This document shows, piece by piece, positions 14,018 to 28,305 of a stretch of DNA of 64,000 bases. The stretch's first letter is position 1. The number at the start of each line of letters is the position of its first letter. The translations under genes were made by a program, and so were the position numbers. The notes under the pieces are model-generated. The model was given only the letters and a program-made list of their open reading frames with translations. It was not told where the DNA came from and did no database searches. The DNA is from Octopus sinensis (taxonomy: Eukaryota), in NCBI RefSeq assembly GCF_006345805.1, contig NC_043014.1:5084001-5148000 (forward strand), read 5' to 3'.

Positions 14018-14200
14018 GTCGCACCGCTATCGATTCTCAACTGATGTCGGTGTGTTTACGTCCCCGTTACATAGCCGATCGGCTAGAGATACCGATAGAA
14101 TGAGCAATAGGCTTACAAAGAATAATTCCTGAAGTCGATTTGTCCTACTAAACGCAGTGCCCTAGCATGGCCGCAGTCAGATGACTGAAACGGTTAAAAG
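14018..14200 (+). mobile_element. 3-prime half of SINE family 1 (paralogs 26955-27137, 44110-44292, 56708-56890; degenerate head at about 43855-44000)
   Basis: gtgtttacgtccccgttac...agcatggccgcagtcagatgactgaaac matches the reverse complement of the full SINE body. Confidence 0.7.
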
Positions 14201-14225
14201 TATATATTTATATACAAACACACAG

Positions 14226-14268
<43 letters not shown>

Positions 14269-14686
14269 GATAATTAGAGAGAGAGAGATAGACAGAGTGA
14301 TACAGTGATAGATACACAAACGCATGTATTTGTTTGTATATATATATCTATATATGTTCACGCACTAATATATTCATATATATGTATATTTAGATATACA
14401 TATATATGTATATTATATATACAACTATATGTATATGTGTATATACGTATGTTTAGGTGTGTGCGCCTGTGTGTTCGTGTGTGATTACGTGTGTGATCTT
14501 ATGTGTGTGTGTGTGCTCCATAGGAACATATGTACATGGTTCATGCATACATCATTACATTCATCCATCCATCGGTACGTACATACATCCACACATTAAT
14601 ACATACATACGTAAATGCATACATACATACATGCATATATAAATACATAAAGACATACATATATTAACACAAAATCCATGACTTAC

Positions 14687-14830
14687 CGTTTTCGATTTCT
14701 CTTCCATTTTTCCTATTCTTGAATCTTGATGAAGAATCACGATCGTCAGAACGAGAAGAACCCCAAAAGCTATGAGAGAAGAAATGGAATAACGCTGCGA
14801 AATATTCCTGGACAGTTGTGCGAAATCCAT
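14687..14830 (-). CDS. Copy A exon 1 of short-chain collagen C4-like (NC1-type domain, collagen-less) gene: MDFAQLSRNISQRYSISSLIAFGVLLVLTIVILHQDSRIGKMEEKSKT, signal peptide/signal anchor
   Basis: ATG at 14830; 144 nt ending ACG|GTAAGT donor (phase 0); hydrophobic stretch SLIAFGVLLVLTIVIL; same peptide in four array copies. Confidence 0.85.
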
Positions 14831-15240
14831 TCTGGTGACAGTTGTCGGTCGTACGTGATACTTCGTGTGGCTTCAACAAAAGATCGAGATGCGAGGTTTA
14901 AGCTGAAAACCTGTAACTGAATTCCACGTATTTATTGAGCGCACAACAACCCAGCTCTGGCATAGATCTTATCGTAAATTTATGAACCAATGCGATTGGT
15001 GGAACTGTAAAAGCGGGTGTGAACTTGTCTGACAGGTTTAATTATTGGAAAGAGATGGTTTGATATTGTCACACAATAATTAGCAAAATATTTTGATGAA
15101 TGAGAGACACGTGTAAAGTGAAATGATTCCTGTTTCTGGATATATTATGATATATTTATTTACTAATGTTGTTATTTAATTTTATTTGTTATTATTGGGA
15201 AACTGTTTTAATATTCAGTGTGAGAAGTATTTCGTTCAAA
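14831..15240 (-). promoter_or_regulatory. Putative 5-prime UTR and proximal promoter of copy A (paralogs at 27839-28250, 44970-45380, 57530-57940)
   Basis: About 400 nt of nearly identical non-repetitive sequence directly upstream of each ATG; Inr-like TCAGTT on minus strand near 14915-14920; inverted CCAAT pair ccaatgcgattgg at 14987-14999. Confidence 0.5.
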
Positions 15241-15247
15241 CAACAAA

Positions 15248-16078
15248 TACACAGACACAAAGACACACACACACACACACACACACACACTGACACACAC
15301 ACTGATACACAAACACACACTGACACACAATGACACACACACTGAGAAACACACACACACTGACACCCACACCCACACACACACACACTGAGAAACACAC
15401 ACACTGACACACACACACACACACGCACACACACACACCGATACACACACACTGACAAACACACATACACACTGACACACACACACACACACACACACAC
15501 ACTGACATACACACATACACACTGACACACACACTGACATACACACACACACTGACACACACACACACTGACATACACACACACACACACTGACACACAC
15601 ACACACTAACATACACACACACACGCACACACACGCTGTGACACATACACACACTGACATACACACACACACACACTGACACACACACACACTCACACAC
15701 ACACACACACACACACTGACACACACACACACTGACATACACACACACACACACTGACACACACACACACTAACATACACACACACACGCACACACACGC
15801 TGTGACACATACACACACTGACATACACACACACACACACTGACACACACACACATTCACACACACACATTCACACACACACATTCACACACACACATAC
15901 ACTGACACACACACACATACACACTGATATACACACCCACACACACTCACACACACTGACCCACACACCGTGACTCACACACACTGACACACACACACGC
16001 TGACATACACACACACACACACACACATACACACACATGGACACATGCGCACACACACACACACACTAACATACACAC
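15248..16078. repeat. Complex (CA)n-CTGA repeat upstream of each promoter (also 1-196, 28257-28685, 45388-46153, 57947-58780)
   Basis: Direct reading; length differs per copy. Confidence 0.95.
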
Positions 16079-16165
16079 AAATATGCGGGAAAATGCGGGC
16101 CCGTACGAGCGACCACAGTTACTGTTGGGGCACAAGGTTGAAGTCAACTCCTCTAGCGAAGTACA

Positions 16166-16320
16166 TATCAAAGAGAAATACCGAAGGGAGGTAACTCACG
16201 ACAGTCTCCAGCCTGGCGCTCTAATGGCGTCACTTACTCGTTGTTGTTGACTATGTTTAAGTTAAAGCTATGGCTTTAAGTTTGTCCAGATGTTCCCCTC
16301 TTCGGTATTTTCTTTTGATA
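16166..16320. mobile_element. Small MITE-like element with terminal inverted repeats (paralogs about 46241-46395, 58870-59024)
   Basis: tatcaaagagaaataccgaaggg ... cccctcttcggtattttcttttgata; TA at both ends. Confidence 0.5.
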
Positions 16321-17759
16321 ACGACTGAACTGGAACCCGATAGGCAGCAGCACTGGACTGATATGCTGTTTTTGCAGCTTCCTGCACTGAATTTGCATTT
16401 AGAGTTTGAAATATGCCATTAGCACATTTTAACGAACCCAAAAATGGCTTATGCCTAATACTGAGCGCTAATACTGTTCACTGGAAACGCCATGTTGAAT
16501 GTTTCCATATATTCATTTGTCAATTTGCATTTCGTGCTTTCATATTACTTAATTATTATTCTTTTTCTCTAGCTTTTTCACAATCGAGCATTCTTATGGC
16601 ACGCAATTAATCGGACAAAAAACGTGCTGCCACCCACAGATCCCTCTTTCCACGGATACCTTCGTTTATGTGGCAGCCATTCTACAAACTCCCACATACA
16701 AGGAGCAATCATGCTGGGTATAGTGTGAAAGACTCAACATGTTGCACTGATTCCACCTAATGTATATTTTATAAGTCGTCTTCCTTTCCTTACTAAGTCG
16801 TTTATGTGTGTTACAGTTATTGTATGCATGTATCTCGAAGCAAGTTCCTCTTCTGCGAGTTTGATAGTTTTATGTTACAGACGGAGATAATTTGTTGAAC
16901 TTGATGTTTTGTGGTGTTGCTGTAGATTCGGTTGATGCTGTTCCTGAAGTCTACTCATATTTCTTGGTGGTTTCATATTTTATTTTGGCACATCAGTGTT
17001 CAGGGAACGATGAGAGGCTGCGTGTATAATGTGACGCGAGACTCTGTGTGTGTGATTTTTGTAGAAATGCGAGAATATGTGAATGTAGGTTGAAAATAGT
17101 TGATCGTGGGACGTGTACTTGTAACCTTGTCGAAAGTGTTTCGTGAAAACTTCAATGTGTTAGTAAGCTGACAAGTAGTTAGGTAGTCAACATTTTGTGG
17201 TATTTCTTCAGTGGATATCAAATATCCTTTATTAGGCAATATCTGCTATTGGATTGCAGAACTTTCATCGCATCGATTGTAGTTACAATGATACGTATGG
17301 GAGTATTTTTTTATCAAACCATCATGATTTAGTGATGTTAGTTATAAGCTTTTATCGTGTTTTCTGAAGATTGATCCTGAAAGGGTGATATATTTGTACG
17401 GAGGTGTTTCATTTGGGGATTGTTTTCATTTTAAGACGGAATACAACACACATTTAAACGAATCATCATTTTATTTCAACATTTAAATTTGATAAACTGA
17501 ACCTCATAAAATGTATTCTAGAATCATTCCCTGAGGATTACATCGTTCTGTTAAGCTATTTGTCACATTCTATGACGTCTCTGTTGTTTCGTTTTGAATA
17601 TTTTCTGAAAACTTGTAGCAGCAACTTATTTAACGACATATATTAGTCGGATAAAATATTGCAAAACACAATTACAAGAAACGTATATGTTGCTTTATTA
17701 TATTATATTTTATGATTCGCCGACATAAATTTTCATATAGAAACGAATGTAAATTCTAT

Positions 17760-18259
17760 TCAATATTTACTGCACACAACGCAGGTTAATTCTCGACCAT
17801 TGACATACGGTGGACATGGCAATGAACCACAAGCAGCCTGAACGAAATATAATAGAGCTCCATTTTCGTTTCTGTAACCTGCTGGATCAGCTTCTGGTTC
17901 GTAGTCCACACACACATACTCATGTCTGCCCTTATGCTTATAATACTCGGTCATCAAATATCCCGAATACTCAGCTGTCCAACCAGCGTAACACTTTGTC
18001 CTGGCTGGTAACATCATAACGACAGCAGGTTGTCGTGTCAAACAGACAGCGCACGGAACGTTGTGCTCATGAATTGATTCAGCGTTAGCAAAAGAAAAGA
18101 GTTTATTAGTTGGGTAAAAATCTAATTGATATTCACTGCCATAAATGTAACCACCTTCTTCAACTTCTGTAGTATAATTGGCCCAAATGGGATCGTTGGG
18201 TAGACACAAGAGATTACTTCCGCCACCAGTATAAGAATAAAATTGTCCACCAGCCACAC
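17760..18259 (-). CDS. Copy B exon 4, C4-like domain; full protein 256 aa
   Basis: Acceptor aattcaag (AAG); open to stop; all framework cysteines kept. Confidence 0.92.
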
Positions 18260-18510
18260 CTTGAATTGGTAAGAATAAATCAAGTAAAAAAGATAATAAT
18301 CAAAATTATATATGAAATAACAGAAACATTCATTACAATTTTTCACTTAAAAGAAGTCACGTTTACTCACGTGTGAACGAATTGTGGTGTACATATGTTA
18401 GTGTTTCTGTGAGTGTAAGCTGTGTGTTGCTGAAAGCTTGAGAACGTAGCTGTGCATTTGCCTTCTCATCATATGTATATATATATATGTATATATATAC
18501 TCTTTTTTTT

Positions 18511-18911
18511 CTTTTACTTATTTCAGTCATTTGACAGCGGCCATGCTGGAGCACCGCCTTCAGTCGAGCATATCGACCCCGGGACTTATTATATGTAAGC
18601 CCAGTACTTATTCTATCGATCTCTTTTTGCCGAACCGCTAAGAAACGGGGACGTAAACACACCAGCATCGTTTGTCAAGCGATGGTGGGGGGGACAAACA
18701 CAGACACACAAACATATACACACACACAAATATATATATACATATATTCCACAGGCTTCTTTCAGTTTCCGTCTACCAAATCCACTCACAAGGCATTGGT
18801 CGGCCCGAGGCTATAGCAGAAGACACTTGCCCAAGATGCCACGCAGTGGGACTGAACCCGGAACCATGTGGTTGGTAAGCAAGCTACTTACCACACCGCC
18901 ACTCCTGCGCC
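18511..18911 (-). mobile_element. tRNA-derived SINE family 1 (octopus-type), full length
   Basis: Minus strand head ggcgcaggagtggcggtgtggtaag...ggttcagtcccact with A/B boxes, internal CA microsatellite, tail ...tgactgaaataagtaaaag. Confidence 0.8.
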
Positions 18912-20358
18912 TATATATATATATATGCATATATATGTTGTGTGTTTACGGGTACCTATTTGTGGTTGCGACGTGGATTATTATGTATGTTTGCATGGGT
19001 AGATGTTTTTCGGTGGATGTCAATAGATGGAGGAAAAGAAAGATATTTTATAACGCATGCGTTCGTGTTTATCCGAAATGGAAAAGATATTCACGTGTGA
19101 ACGGGGATATTTTGGGTGGTGGAAATTGTTGGTGGTTTGAGTAGGACAATGCGGGAGACGATGAGATGCAGAGAAGTGGTGGGTAACCGTCGATGAAATG
19201 TTGTTTAGTCGATCGTACGACAGTCAGTGGCTAAACCTCTCGTTTAGACTCGGACGAATCAGGCTTACATAGACGTTATGATCACACAGACTTGTTTTCA
19301 TGCAATACACAGAAACGAGGTGGGAGGAAAAATTGTGAGGTTCAGTGATGGCTTAGTGCTTAAGATGAATGGACGGCCGAGTTAGCGACCGATAAAGGAT
19401 ATGTGTAGGTTTTATAAAGAGTAGATTCAGAGCATTTTAATGGAATGTGAGGTTCATTGCGGAAGCGGTTTGTAGCAGCAGTTTTGAATCGCAAGTTTCG
19501 GAATTACCTTACAAAGATATACTGGATAATTAATGAGGTGATGTGGTGCATGAAAAGAGCAAGGTTTTAGCGATAGGACGATTTCGGTGAGGCGGAGAAG
19601 AATAGAAGTGCATTCTGTACTCTGTTGTGTTCTCTCACTAATATTTAGTCTCTCTCTATTTTACTTAATGAATAAAGTCCTTAGCTTTTTCCATCAGTTA
19701 CAGTATGTGGCTTGTCCAGTCCTCATTCTACATTATGCGTTCATTCCATTAACCATTTACAGTCACTGTCATCAATTCTAATAGACTCTATTCAATTTAG
19801 CCCACACCTACGATCATTGGGCACTCTAGTTAAAGATAGTCAAGTGGCCACTTTTCAACTCTGGTTACTCACGTACAATACCACCATCCGTAGCCTGTAC
19901 AATTGATCACCAGTTAGCAGCCTCGGTATTTGATATCTACAATCCAAAGCTGGTCAGCCTGAAAATCTTGATCGCCATGGTGGTTTTCAGTCCAGCCCCT
20001 GTCTATAATTTAACGTAGAGATATCTATATTCTGTAGTTAGACAACATCCTTTTCACTTGGTCCGTAGTACACAACATATAATATTCTGATTTGACCAAA
20101 TACTTACAAAGGAGTAAGCTGTCTTATGTAGTGTCTGTATAGTCTACAGGTATAGACGTTTGAAACGTGACATATCATAAGAGGATTTGAGAATGTTTAT
20201 GTCAGACAACCCGACAAAGGGTGAGTGTGTGTGCATGTGCGTGAGAGAGAGGGTGAGAGTGAAAGAGAGGCAACAAAAAGAGAGAATGAGAGGTATAAAA
20301 AGAGAACAAGAGAAAGACAAAAAGAGGATGAGAGGTGAGAAGTATAAAGTATACTAAC

Positions 20359-20433
20359 CGTCATATACAAGTTTTGAATAAGGAGGACAAGTTGTTCTGC
20401 CCCACCGGGTATACAATGATCCGAGACCGGGTT
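20359..20433 (-). CDS. Copy B exon 3
   Basis: 75 nt, ttcgcag acceptor, gttagt donor, PGLGSLYTRWGRTTCPPYSKLVYD. Confidence 0.9.
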
Positions 20434-22890
20434 CTGCGAAATTAAAATGAAATAATTTAGTTTAAAAGAAAGAATTGGGGGATCATTTACAAAGTAGGTT
20501 GTTGGATGGGAAGGAATTGATGGAGAAGAGAGAAATATAGAATTTAAGAAAGAACGAGTGAATGAATGAAAGTCAGAACGAAAGATGTAAATAATAAGAA
20601 TAAATTGTAAAGAAAGAAAAAAGACATTTGTCTGTTGAGCCTGTTGGTGACGTTGATGTCAAAGATTTGAGAGATTAATCTCAGAATATCAGAATGTGTA
20701 TCGGTCTCCGCTATGAACGGATGTATGTATGATACGTAAACTTGGGTATGAGTATATATACTTCTCAATAGAATAATGATAAAACTCAATAGAATAATGA
20801 TAAAATATTCGCCAGGTGCGAATATTCATCGGTCAATTACAAATATCAGTTTGGAGCTCGGCGCAAATAAGGCCATCATAACTACAATATGAAAATAACA
20901 ACCATACCGCATCATTTGTCGATTTAGTTAAAAGACATCGCATCCGGATCTCGAGTAGAAGAGTCCGTTCGATAAATGTATAGCACACCCCACCCAATAC
21001 CGGTCCAACCAGCAAGAAGCCTGGGACAAACACTGGGGTTTGTGGGTTGGGAGCACAGTATTGACGGTCTCAGGAAACCAAAGCAGATCAAGAAGGGAAC
21101 AACCTTTAATAATAGAGAATTAAAACGTCAACATTGTTAGATATAATCTGCCTGTAAGATATAATCGGTGTCTCCTCTACAAAATTTCGTTTTTCCGATA
21201 GCGTACACTTGGATACAGGCTTGAAACTCCACTACGCAAAAGTTGTGCCAACAATGTCTGCACAGGTGGGATTAGGATACTCTCAATCCCCAGCTTTCGG
21301 ATTGTATTATGGAGTGAAACCTACTAGGTGTGAGGTTCAAACTCTTGAAGCTAAGGCTAAATATGAAGGACCACTGTGGCTGCTGTAAGTATATGCAGCA
21401 AACAGCGAGGTCAAATACAAATCCTTCCTAAGCAAATTCACCTCAGCTTTAGATATATTTGGGGTAAAGTCATTTGTCCTGCCAGGAGACTTCAGTGCAC
21501 ACCTTGGCACTGATAACCGTGAGAAGGATTGATTGGAAGGAATGTCGTCAGTGAACTTAATGGAGAGGTCATAGGAGGCTTCTGTGCAGGATACACACTC
21601 TCCTCTCTATGGTAAAGATATTACTTTAAAACAGGGATATTTATAAGGGTTCCTGGTATGGAAATACTTGGTGACAGAGGTTTATGAGAGAGTTCGGTCA
21701 TCTTTCTCTCTTTGCTGAACGTTCGGGTAAAAGGAGGGGTAGATTTGTCAACTCGGCATTACCTAAATGTCTGAAAACCTGAAAATTCCAACAGTCTGCT
21801 GAACACTGGAAATTGTTAAGTCCAGTGCGACCTACAGAATTCAGCTGGAAGCCGCAATGGATGCTGGGATCAGAAACAAAATTGTGGAGACTTTTGCATC
21901 CAAATTGAGAGTGACCCGCCTGAATGAAGTTGGACCTCGAAATGGATCCGTGATTGTATTATTTTTTTCGGCAGGTTCTTCTTCGGTTGAACGCTTATTT
22001 GAGCTAAATTCACTTAAAAGTGATAAAGCTGCTGGTGAAAAGCTCGTTCGGCTTGATATTTTAGAAACCTTAAATACAGATGGTATTCTCTGAGTGACCC
22101 ATGTATGCTAGGTGGATGGGAACCCTGGGAAAAACACCAAGGCAATGGTAATATGGGGTGACAATCACACTTTTTTTCAAACAGAGACCAAATATTGTGT
22201 TCTAATTATCGAAAAGTCTACACTAGATGTCAGGAAACGATAAGTAGGGAAAATGTCGTGCCCAAGATTACTGTCCTGGTTGCAGTACACTCGACCTTTT
22301 AGACATTCAAAGACAGATCTTCCAGCAAACATTGAAGAATTTCCAAGGTTTATACGCTGTAAACCACGAAAATGCACACGATCACGTGCCCTGAGTCATG
22401 TTGTGGATGGTTTACCTGGAAGGTGTGTTTAATGTGCAAATAGTGTTTGCCATAAAGTACTTATATGGATGTTCAAATAATTGTATTTATGTAAAATTCG
22501 AAAGTTTTCAACGTGAAGGTTTCACTTAGTTGAAGTGTGCATTGTTAGTGTCCCTTCTCACATTCTTTCTTGTGATCTGGTTGAATATGCGCAGCCATTG
22601 TGGTAGAGGTATCCCAATCCATCTCTACGTGATCGGTCGACTGTTATTTGTAGACGACATGCTGCTACCTGATTCGTCTGATGGTCACCAACAACGTGCA
22701 CCGAATGGGTTGGCTGCCGAGTACCCCAAGGCAGGATTGACAAATGCGCACTGTGTAGGAAAGTGGAACATCATTATTTCGGGTCTCTATTCACGAATGA
22801 TTGGAAACACAAGAGTGGACAGAATGCTGAATTGTAGATATAAACGCAGTGAAGCGCCAGCTCGGGCATTTGATTCTCAGATGAAGAGGG

Positions 22891-23030
22891 TATTCCATGC
22901 TTTTCGTATGCAAGTCGGTGGGGCTCGCTCTGAGCACTCTAATTTTTTCACAGTGAACGTACCGGCCGCCTCGGTCACTCGGCGAAGAGCACCCTCAGAG
23001 GAACCGTGCGAGCCGAAACAATTCTCGACG
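22891..23030 (-). pseudogene. 18S rRNA (V4 region) fragment inserted in copy B only
   Basis: Minus strand gttcactgtgaaaaaattagagtgctcagagc...gcatggaata resembles conserved 18S TTTACTTTGAAAAAATTAGAGTGCTCAAAGC...GCATGGAATAAT; absent at the same site in A, C, D. Confidence 0.75.
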
Positions 23031-23270
23031 TAGCACTGCATATATACTCATATACACACAATAAATGGCATAGTATATTAGAATAACATTTTATTTAGGA
23101 AATTATTGCAAAGTAGAACATATTTTGAAATAAATTCAGGCAAGTGTCTTAGTATATATTATTGTGGACATATGGATAGTATTGTGGAACTAATTCAAAG
23201 TTGGTGAAATTATAAATCGTTGGTTAAGGAGACACGGGTAAAAGACTTTAGCTGTAAAATTAGTTCTTAC

Positions 23271-23322
23271 TTGGTGTGTCATCAGGTTTATCGTCGAGAG
23301 ATTTCTTTGAGATGAAACGGTT
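23271..23322 (-). CDS. Copy B exon 2
   Basis: 52 nt, AG/GT flanked, NRFISKKSLDDKPDDTP. Confidence 0.8.
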
Positions 23323-24040
23323 CTGTCAAAAAATAGAAATAGCATCATATAAATAGAACTTCAGGGTATTTATTATCGTTTAGAACTTAAAACAATGCAA
23401 TAGATGACAACATATTCGGGCACGTATCATTGCCAACACTACCATCTCAACGCCCTAGGAATCTTCTAGAAGGCGCTTCCATCCAGCCAAAGGATTTTCT
23501 GAACAATATCAGACAATACAACTCAGCATTTCAAATGACATCGCTTGGTGAATCTAAGAAGATAGATAAACATGAATTTACGCCGAAGTCAAAGTTTAAG
23601 GTTAAGTCTATCCCCTCAATGGTTCCCTGGTACCCGCGAATGAACAAGCACAGTTCCTCTAAATTTACTCTATAAGTGGTGTAGGACAACAAACCCGACG
23701 TGAAGTCTCCGAATTTCCGATGATGGGTCGTGTTAGACACAGCGCACACTGCTGCAAAGGAGAGTATATCCACTGACAGCTTTTTGGTGCGTTCAAAAAT
23801 CACAGAAAACCAACCTCCAATTTTGCATGACAGGTTAGGGCCTGAAACACTCCAAACGGACGCATAGCATGTTGCTTAGTCGAGTTAGCCCAGCATTTAC
23901 TCTACAAATGTTTTGTTGTCAATGTTGCACTTTCCCATATCACCCGTTTCAAAATGAGTGGAATATATTATATACCAACTTTGCCATTTTAATCATTAGC
24001 AATGCCGGGTAATTCTACTAGTACACACGTACACACACAT

Positions 24041-24081
<41 letters not shown>

Positions 24082-25650
24082 GACATATACACACACATAT
24101 TTCTACATATAATATATATATATATTTATATATATATATAAACACACACACATGTATATATATAGTTAAATTTAATCCAAATAAGAAAGCACAAAAAAAC
24201 ACAACAACGCAAGGACGTGGATCAAAGATAGTATTATTGGACGCTCAGGAAAGAAGGAAAGAAGGAGGGTTCAACGTTTCGAGCGGAACTCTTCGTCGGA
24301 AACATACGAGATGGAAAGATCCAGAGGAGTGAAGACAGAGGAAAAAAAATCGCCAACGGTACACACGCGTCACATTTTGAATGACCGGAAGGAAATGGGT
24401 GAAGAAAAGTCCTTTGATAGACAGGAGAGAGGTAGAGGAGGAGGAATGTGTGTGTAAGTGTGGATAAGAGCGTGTGCGGTGTCTGCGTGTGTTTGTGTGT
24501 GTATGTGTCTATGTGTGCAATGATGGCACGCGTGTGTGTGTGCGTGTGTGTGTATGTGTGTGTTTGTGGCTGTTAATCTTTACGTGTTGTAGGGTTAGTA
24601 GTGTTAAGGTCAACGAAGAAGGAATTGGCCGTGGCTCCTTTTGTCTCTACCACGTGTCAAGTAGTAGGTACTGCTAGTTTGATGTATGTGTGTGTGTGTG
24701 CGTGTATGTATATGTATCGTGTGTGTGTGTGTGTATGTATGTGTGTGTTCGTGTGTGTATGCGTAGATTTTGGGTATGTGGCCAATAACTGTGCTTCACT
24801 TAGTGTATGTGTGCGTGTGCTTGTACGTGCGTATGTGTGTATACATGTATGAAAAAATGTGTGCCGTGTGTATGGGATGTATGTTTGGGCTCATTTGTGT
24901 GTGTGTGTGTATGTATGTGCGTGCGTCTCGTATGTGCGTGAGTGCGTGTACGTGTGTGTTTCTATGTGTGTGTGTAAGTGTATATAGGTGTATATACGTG
25001 TATCCATGGGGTTGTGAGTTTTCGGTGTGTGCATTAATGTGCGTGTGTACGTGCGTATGTGTGCGCATGTTTTTGCGTGCGTGTGTGTGTGTGTCTCTGT
25101 CTATATGTGTATACGGATGTGTATGTGTGCGCGCGCGTGTAGGCGTATATTGTGTATGTATATGTATCGGTGTGTATGTGAATTTGTACATGCGTGTGTA
25201 TGTGGGTTTTTTTTGAGTTGTGTGGGAGTAATGTGCGTGCGTGTGTGCGCTTAAGTACGTGAATGTGCGTGTGTGTCTCTGCCCATGTGTGTATAAGTGT
25301 GTACTAATCTGTATGAGTATTGTGGGCATCTGTGCTGGTGTGTGTGTATGTACGTGTGTATGTGTGTGCATGTGTATTGTGTGCGTATGATATATATATC
25401 TCCGTGATCACCGTCACAGACCAGTTGTTGCTACATATCGCTGGTCACAATGCGCTTCGCATTCTTTTAGCCTTTAAATGACGCCACCCCGCTGGTTAAG
25501 CGAGCAGGCCAACAGAGTGATCACAACAACCCAACTCCCTGAGCCTCGTGGAGCATTAAACACACACAACGCCGAGTCTGGGAATCGAAACCGAGATCCG
25601 ACAAACATGAGTCCGCTGCCCTAACCACTGGGCCACTGTGCCTCCACACA

Positions 25651-25774
<124 letters not shown>

Positions 25775-26683
25775 CATATCAATATATACGTATGCACGTA
25801 CGCTGAAGCATACACACCATAAATATCACAAATATACGTATCTACTTATACGCATACACACACACAAACGCACACATATATGTGAGTGGACATACACTGT
25901 ATAGTGTGATTGTTCGTGTACAATTGAGCACGTGTGTCTGTGTGTGTGCGTCTGTGTGTGTGTTTGTGTTTATTTGTGCGTGTGTTTGTCCGTGTGTCTG
26001 TGTGTATGTATTTACATTCGTTCTTACATATTGTCATATATAAAAACCAACGTGAATTACAGTCAAACATTACGAAATTCACCGATCTACATTGGCACTC
26101 GCACGTTTTATTTTCAGTTGGAAAGAAAAGATTCAAAAAAACTCGCCTCACTTCCGTTCCTGATGGAGAGAAATAGATAAATGTGTGTAAATATGTACGT
26201 ATTCCTATGTGTGCGTGTGTGTGTATGTTTCCATGTGTCTGTTTCTGTGCGTGTGTGTAAGTGTACATCTAGATATAATACTTAACACTAATATTAATAG
26301 GGCTAAACGATGCAGCCACAGGGCATGGCCATGCTAGAAACCCACCATTAGATTTTTTTCATTACGCACTTATTTCCCATTCCAGGATTATGTCTGGTGA
26401 AAGAGCGATCGGACAGGAGTACCATTCCACTCTTCCTTGTGTTTACTTGGGATGTGTGTATATGTATGTATATATAGATATATATATATATACAAAATGA
26501 GAAAATGGAGAAACATATCTAAATCAATCATCAACCATCAGATAATACCCAATCAATACTTTATTAAACCATTGCATAACAGCAATGACATTATACATAA
26601 TATATTGCAAATATAACTAGACATGGAAATAGAAATAGAATATACGATTACATCATATCTGACAGATATATATATATATATAT

Positions 26684-26806
<123 letters not shown>

Positions 26807-27150
26807 TGTATGTACATACGTACGTAACTATATATGTGTGTATGTATATATGATATGTATATATATATATATATTGATTTGTGTGTGTGCGTGTGTGTGT
26901 GTATAGCACACATAGTGTGTATGTATCTATGTTTTATGTATGTGTCTGTTATTGTCGCACCGCTATCGATTCTCAACTGATGTCGGTGTGTTTACGTCCC
27001 CGTTACATAGCGGTTCGGCTAGAGATACCGATAGAATGAGCAATAGGCTTACAAAGAATAATTCCTGAAGTCGATTTGTCCTACTAAACGCAGTGCTCTA
27101 GCATGGCCGCAGTCAAATGACTGAAACGGGTAAAAGAATATATTTATATA

Positions 27151-27220
<70 letters not shown>

Positions 27221-27694
27221 TATATATATATAGATAAATAGAGAGAGAGAGATAGACAGAGAGATAGACAGAGAGATAGACAGAGAGAGAGAGAGATAGA
27301 CAGAGAGATACAGTGATAGATACACACACGCATATATTTGTTTGTATATATATATCTATATATGTTCACGCACTAATATATTCATATATATGTATATTTA
27401 TATATACATATATATGTATATTATATATACAAATATGCGTATATGTATATATATGTATGCTTAGGTGTGTGCGCCTGTGTGTTCGTGTGTAATTACGTGT
27501 GTGATCTTATGTGTGTGTGTGTGCTCCATAGGAACATATATACATGGTTCAGGCATACATCCTTACATCCATCCATCCATCGGTACGTACATACATCCAC
27601 ATACTAATACATACATACGTAAATGCATACATACATACATGCATATATAAATTCATAAAGACGTACATATATTAACAAAAAATCCATGACTTAC

Positions 27695-27838
27695 CGTTTT
27701 TGATTTCTCTTCCATTTTTCCTATTCTTGAATCTTGATGAAGAATCACGATCGTCAGAACGAGAAGAACCCCAAAAGCTATGAGAGAAGAAATGGAATAA
27801 CGCTGCGAAATATTCCTGGACAGTTGTGCGAAATCCAT
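27695..27838 (-). CDS. Copy B exon 1 (signal/anchor)
   Basis: Same 48-aa peptide and GTAAGT donor as copy A. Confidence 0.85.
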
Positions 27839-28270
27839 TCTGGTGACAGTTGTCGGTCGTACGTGATACTTCGTGTGGCTTCAACAAAAGATCGAGATGC
27901 GAGGTTTAAGCTGAAGACCTGTAACTGAATTCCACGTATTTATTGAGCGCACAACAACCCAGCTCTGGCATAGATCTTATCGTAAATTTATGAACCAATG
28001 CGATTGGTGGAACTGTAAAAGCGGGTGTGAACTTGTCTGACAGGTTTAATTATTGGAAAGAGATGGTTTGATATTGTCACACAATAATTAGCAAAATATT
28101 TTGATGAATGAGAGACACGTGTAAAGTGAAATGATTCCTGTTTCTGGATGTATTATGATATATTTATTTACTAATGTTGTTATTTAATTTTATTTGTTAT
28201 TCTTGGGAAACTGTTTTAATATTCAGTGTGGGAAGTATTTCGTTCAACCGACAAATACACAGACACACAC

Positions 28271-28305
<35 letters not shown>

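Noticed and set aside
18830-18911. tRNA gene
   Set aside because: tRNA-like A/B boxes are SINE heads continuing into SINE bodies; no full cloverleaf
22530-23033. 167-aa + strand ORF as a gene
   Set aside because: Chimera of a decayed LINE RT fragment and the antisense 18S insert
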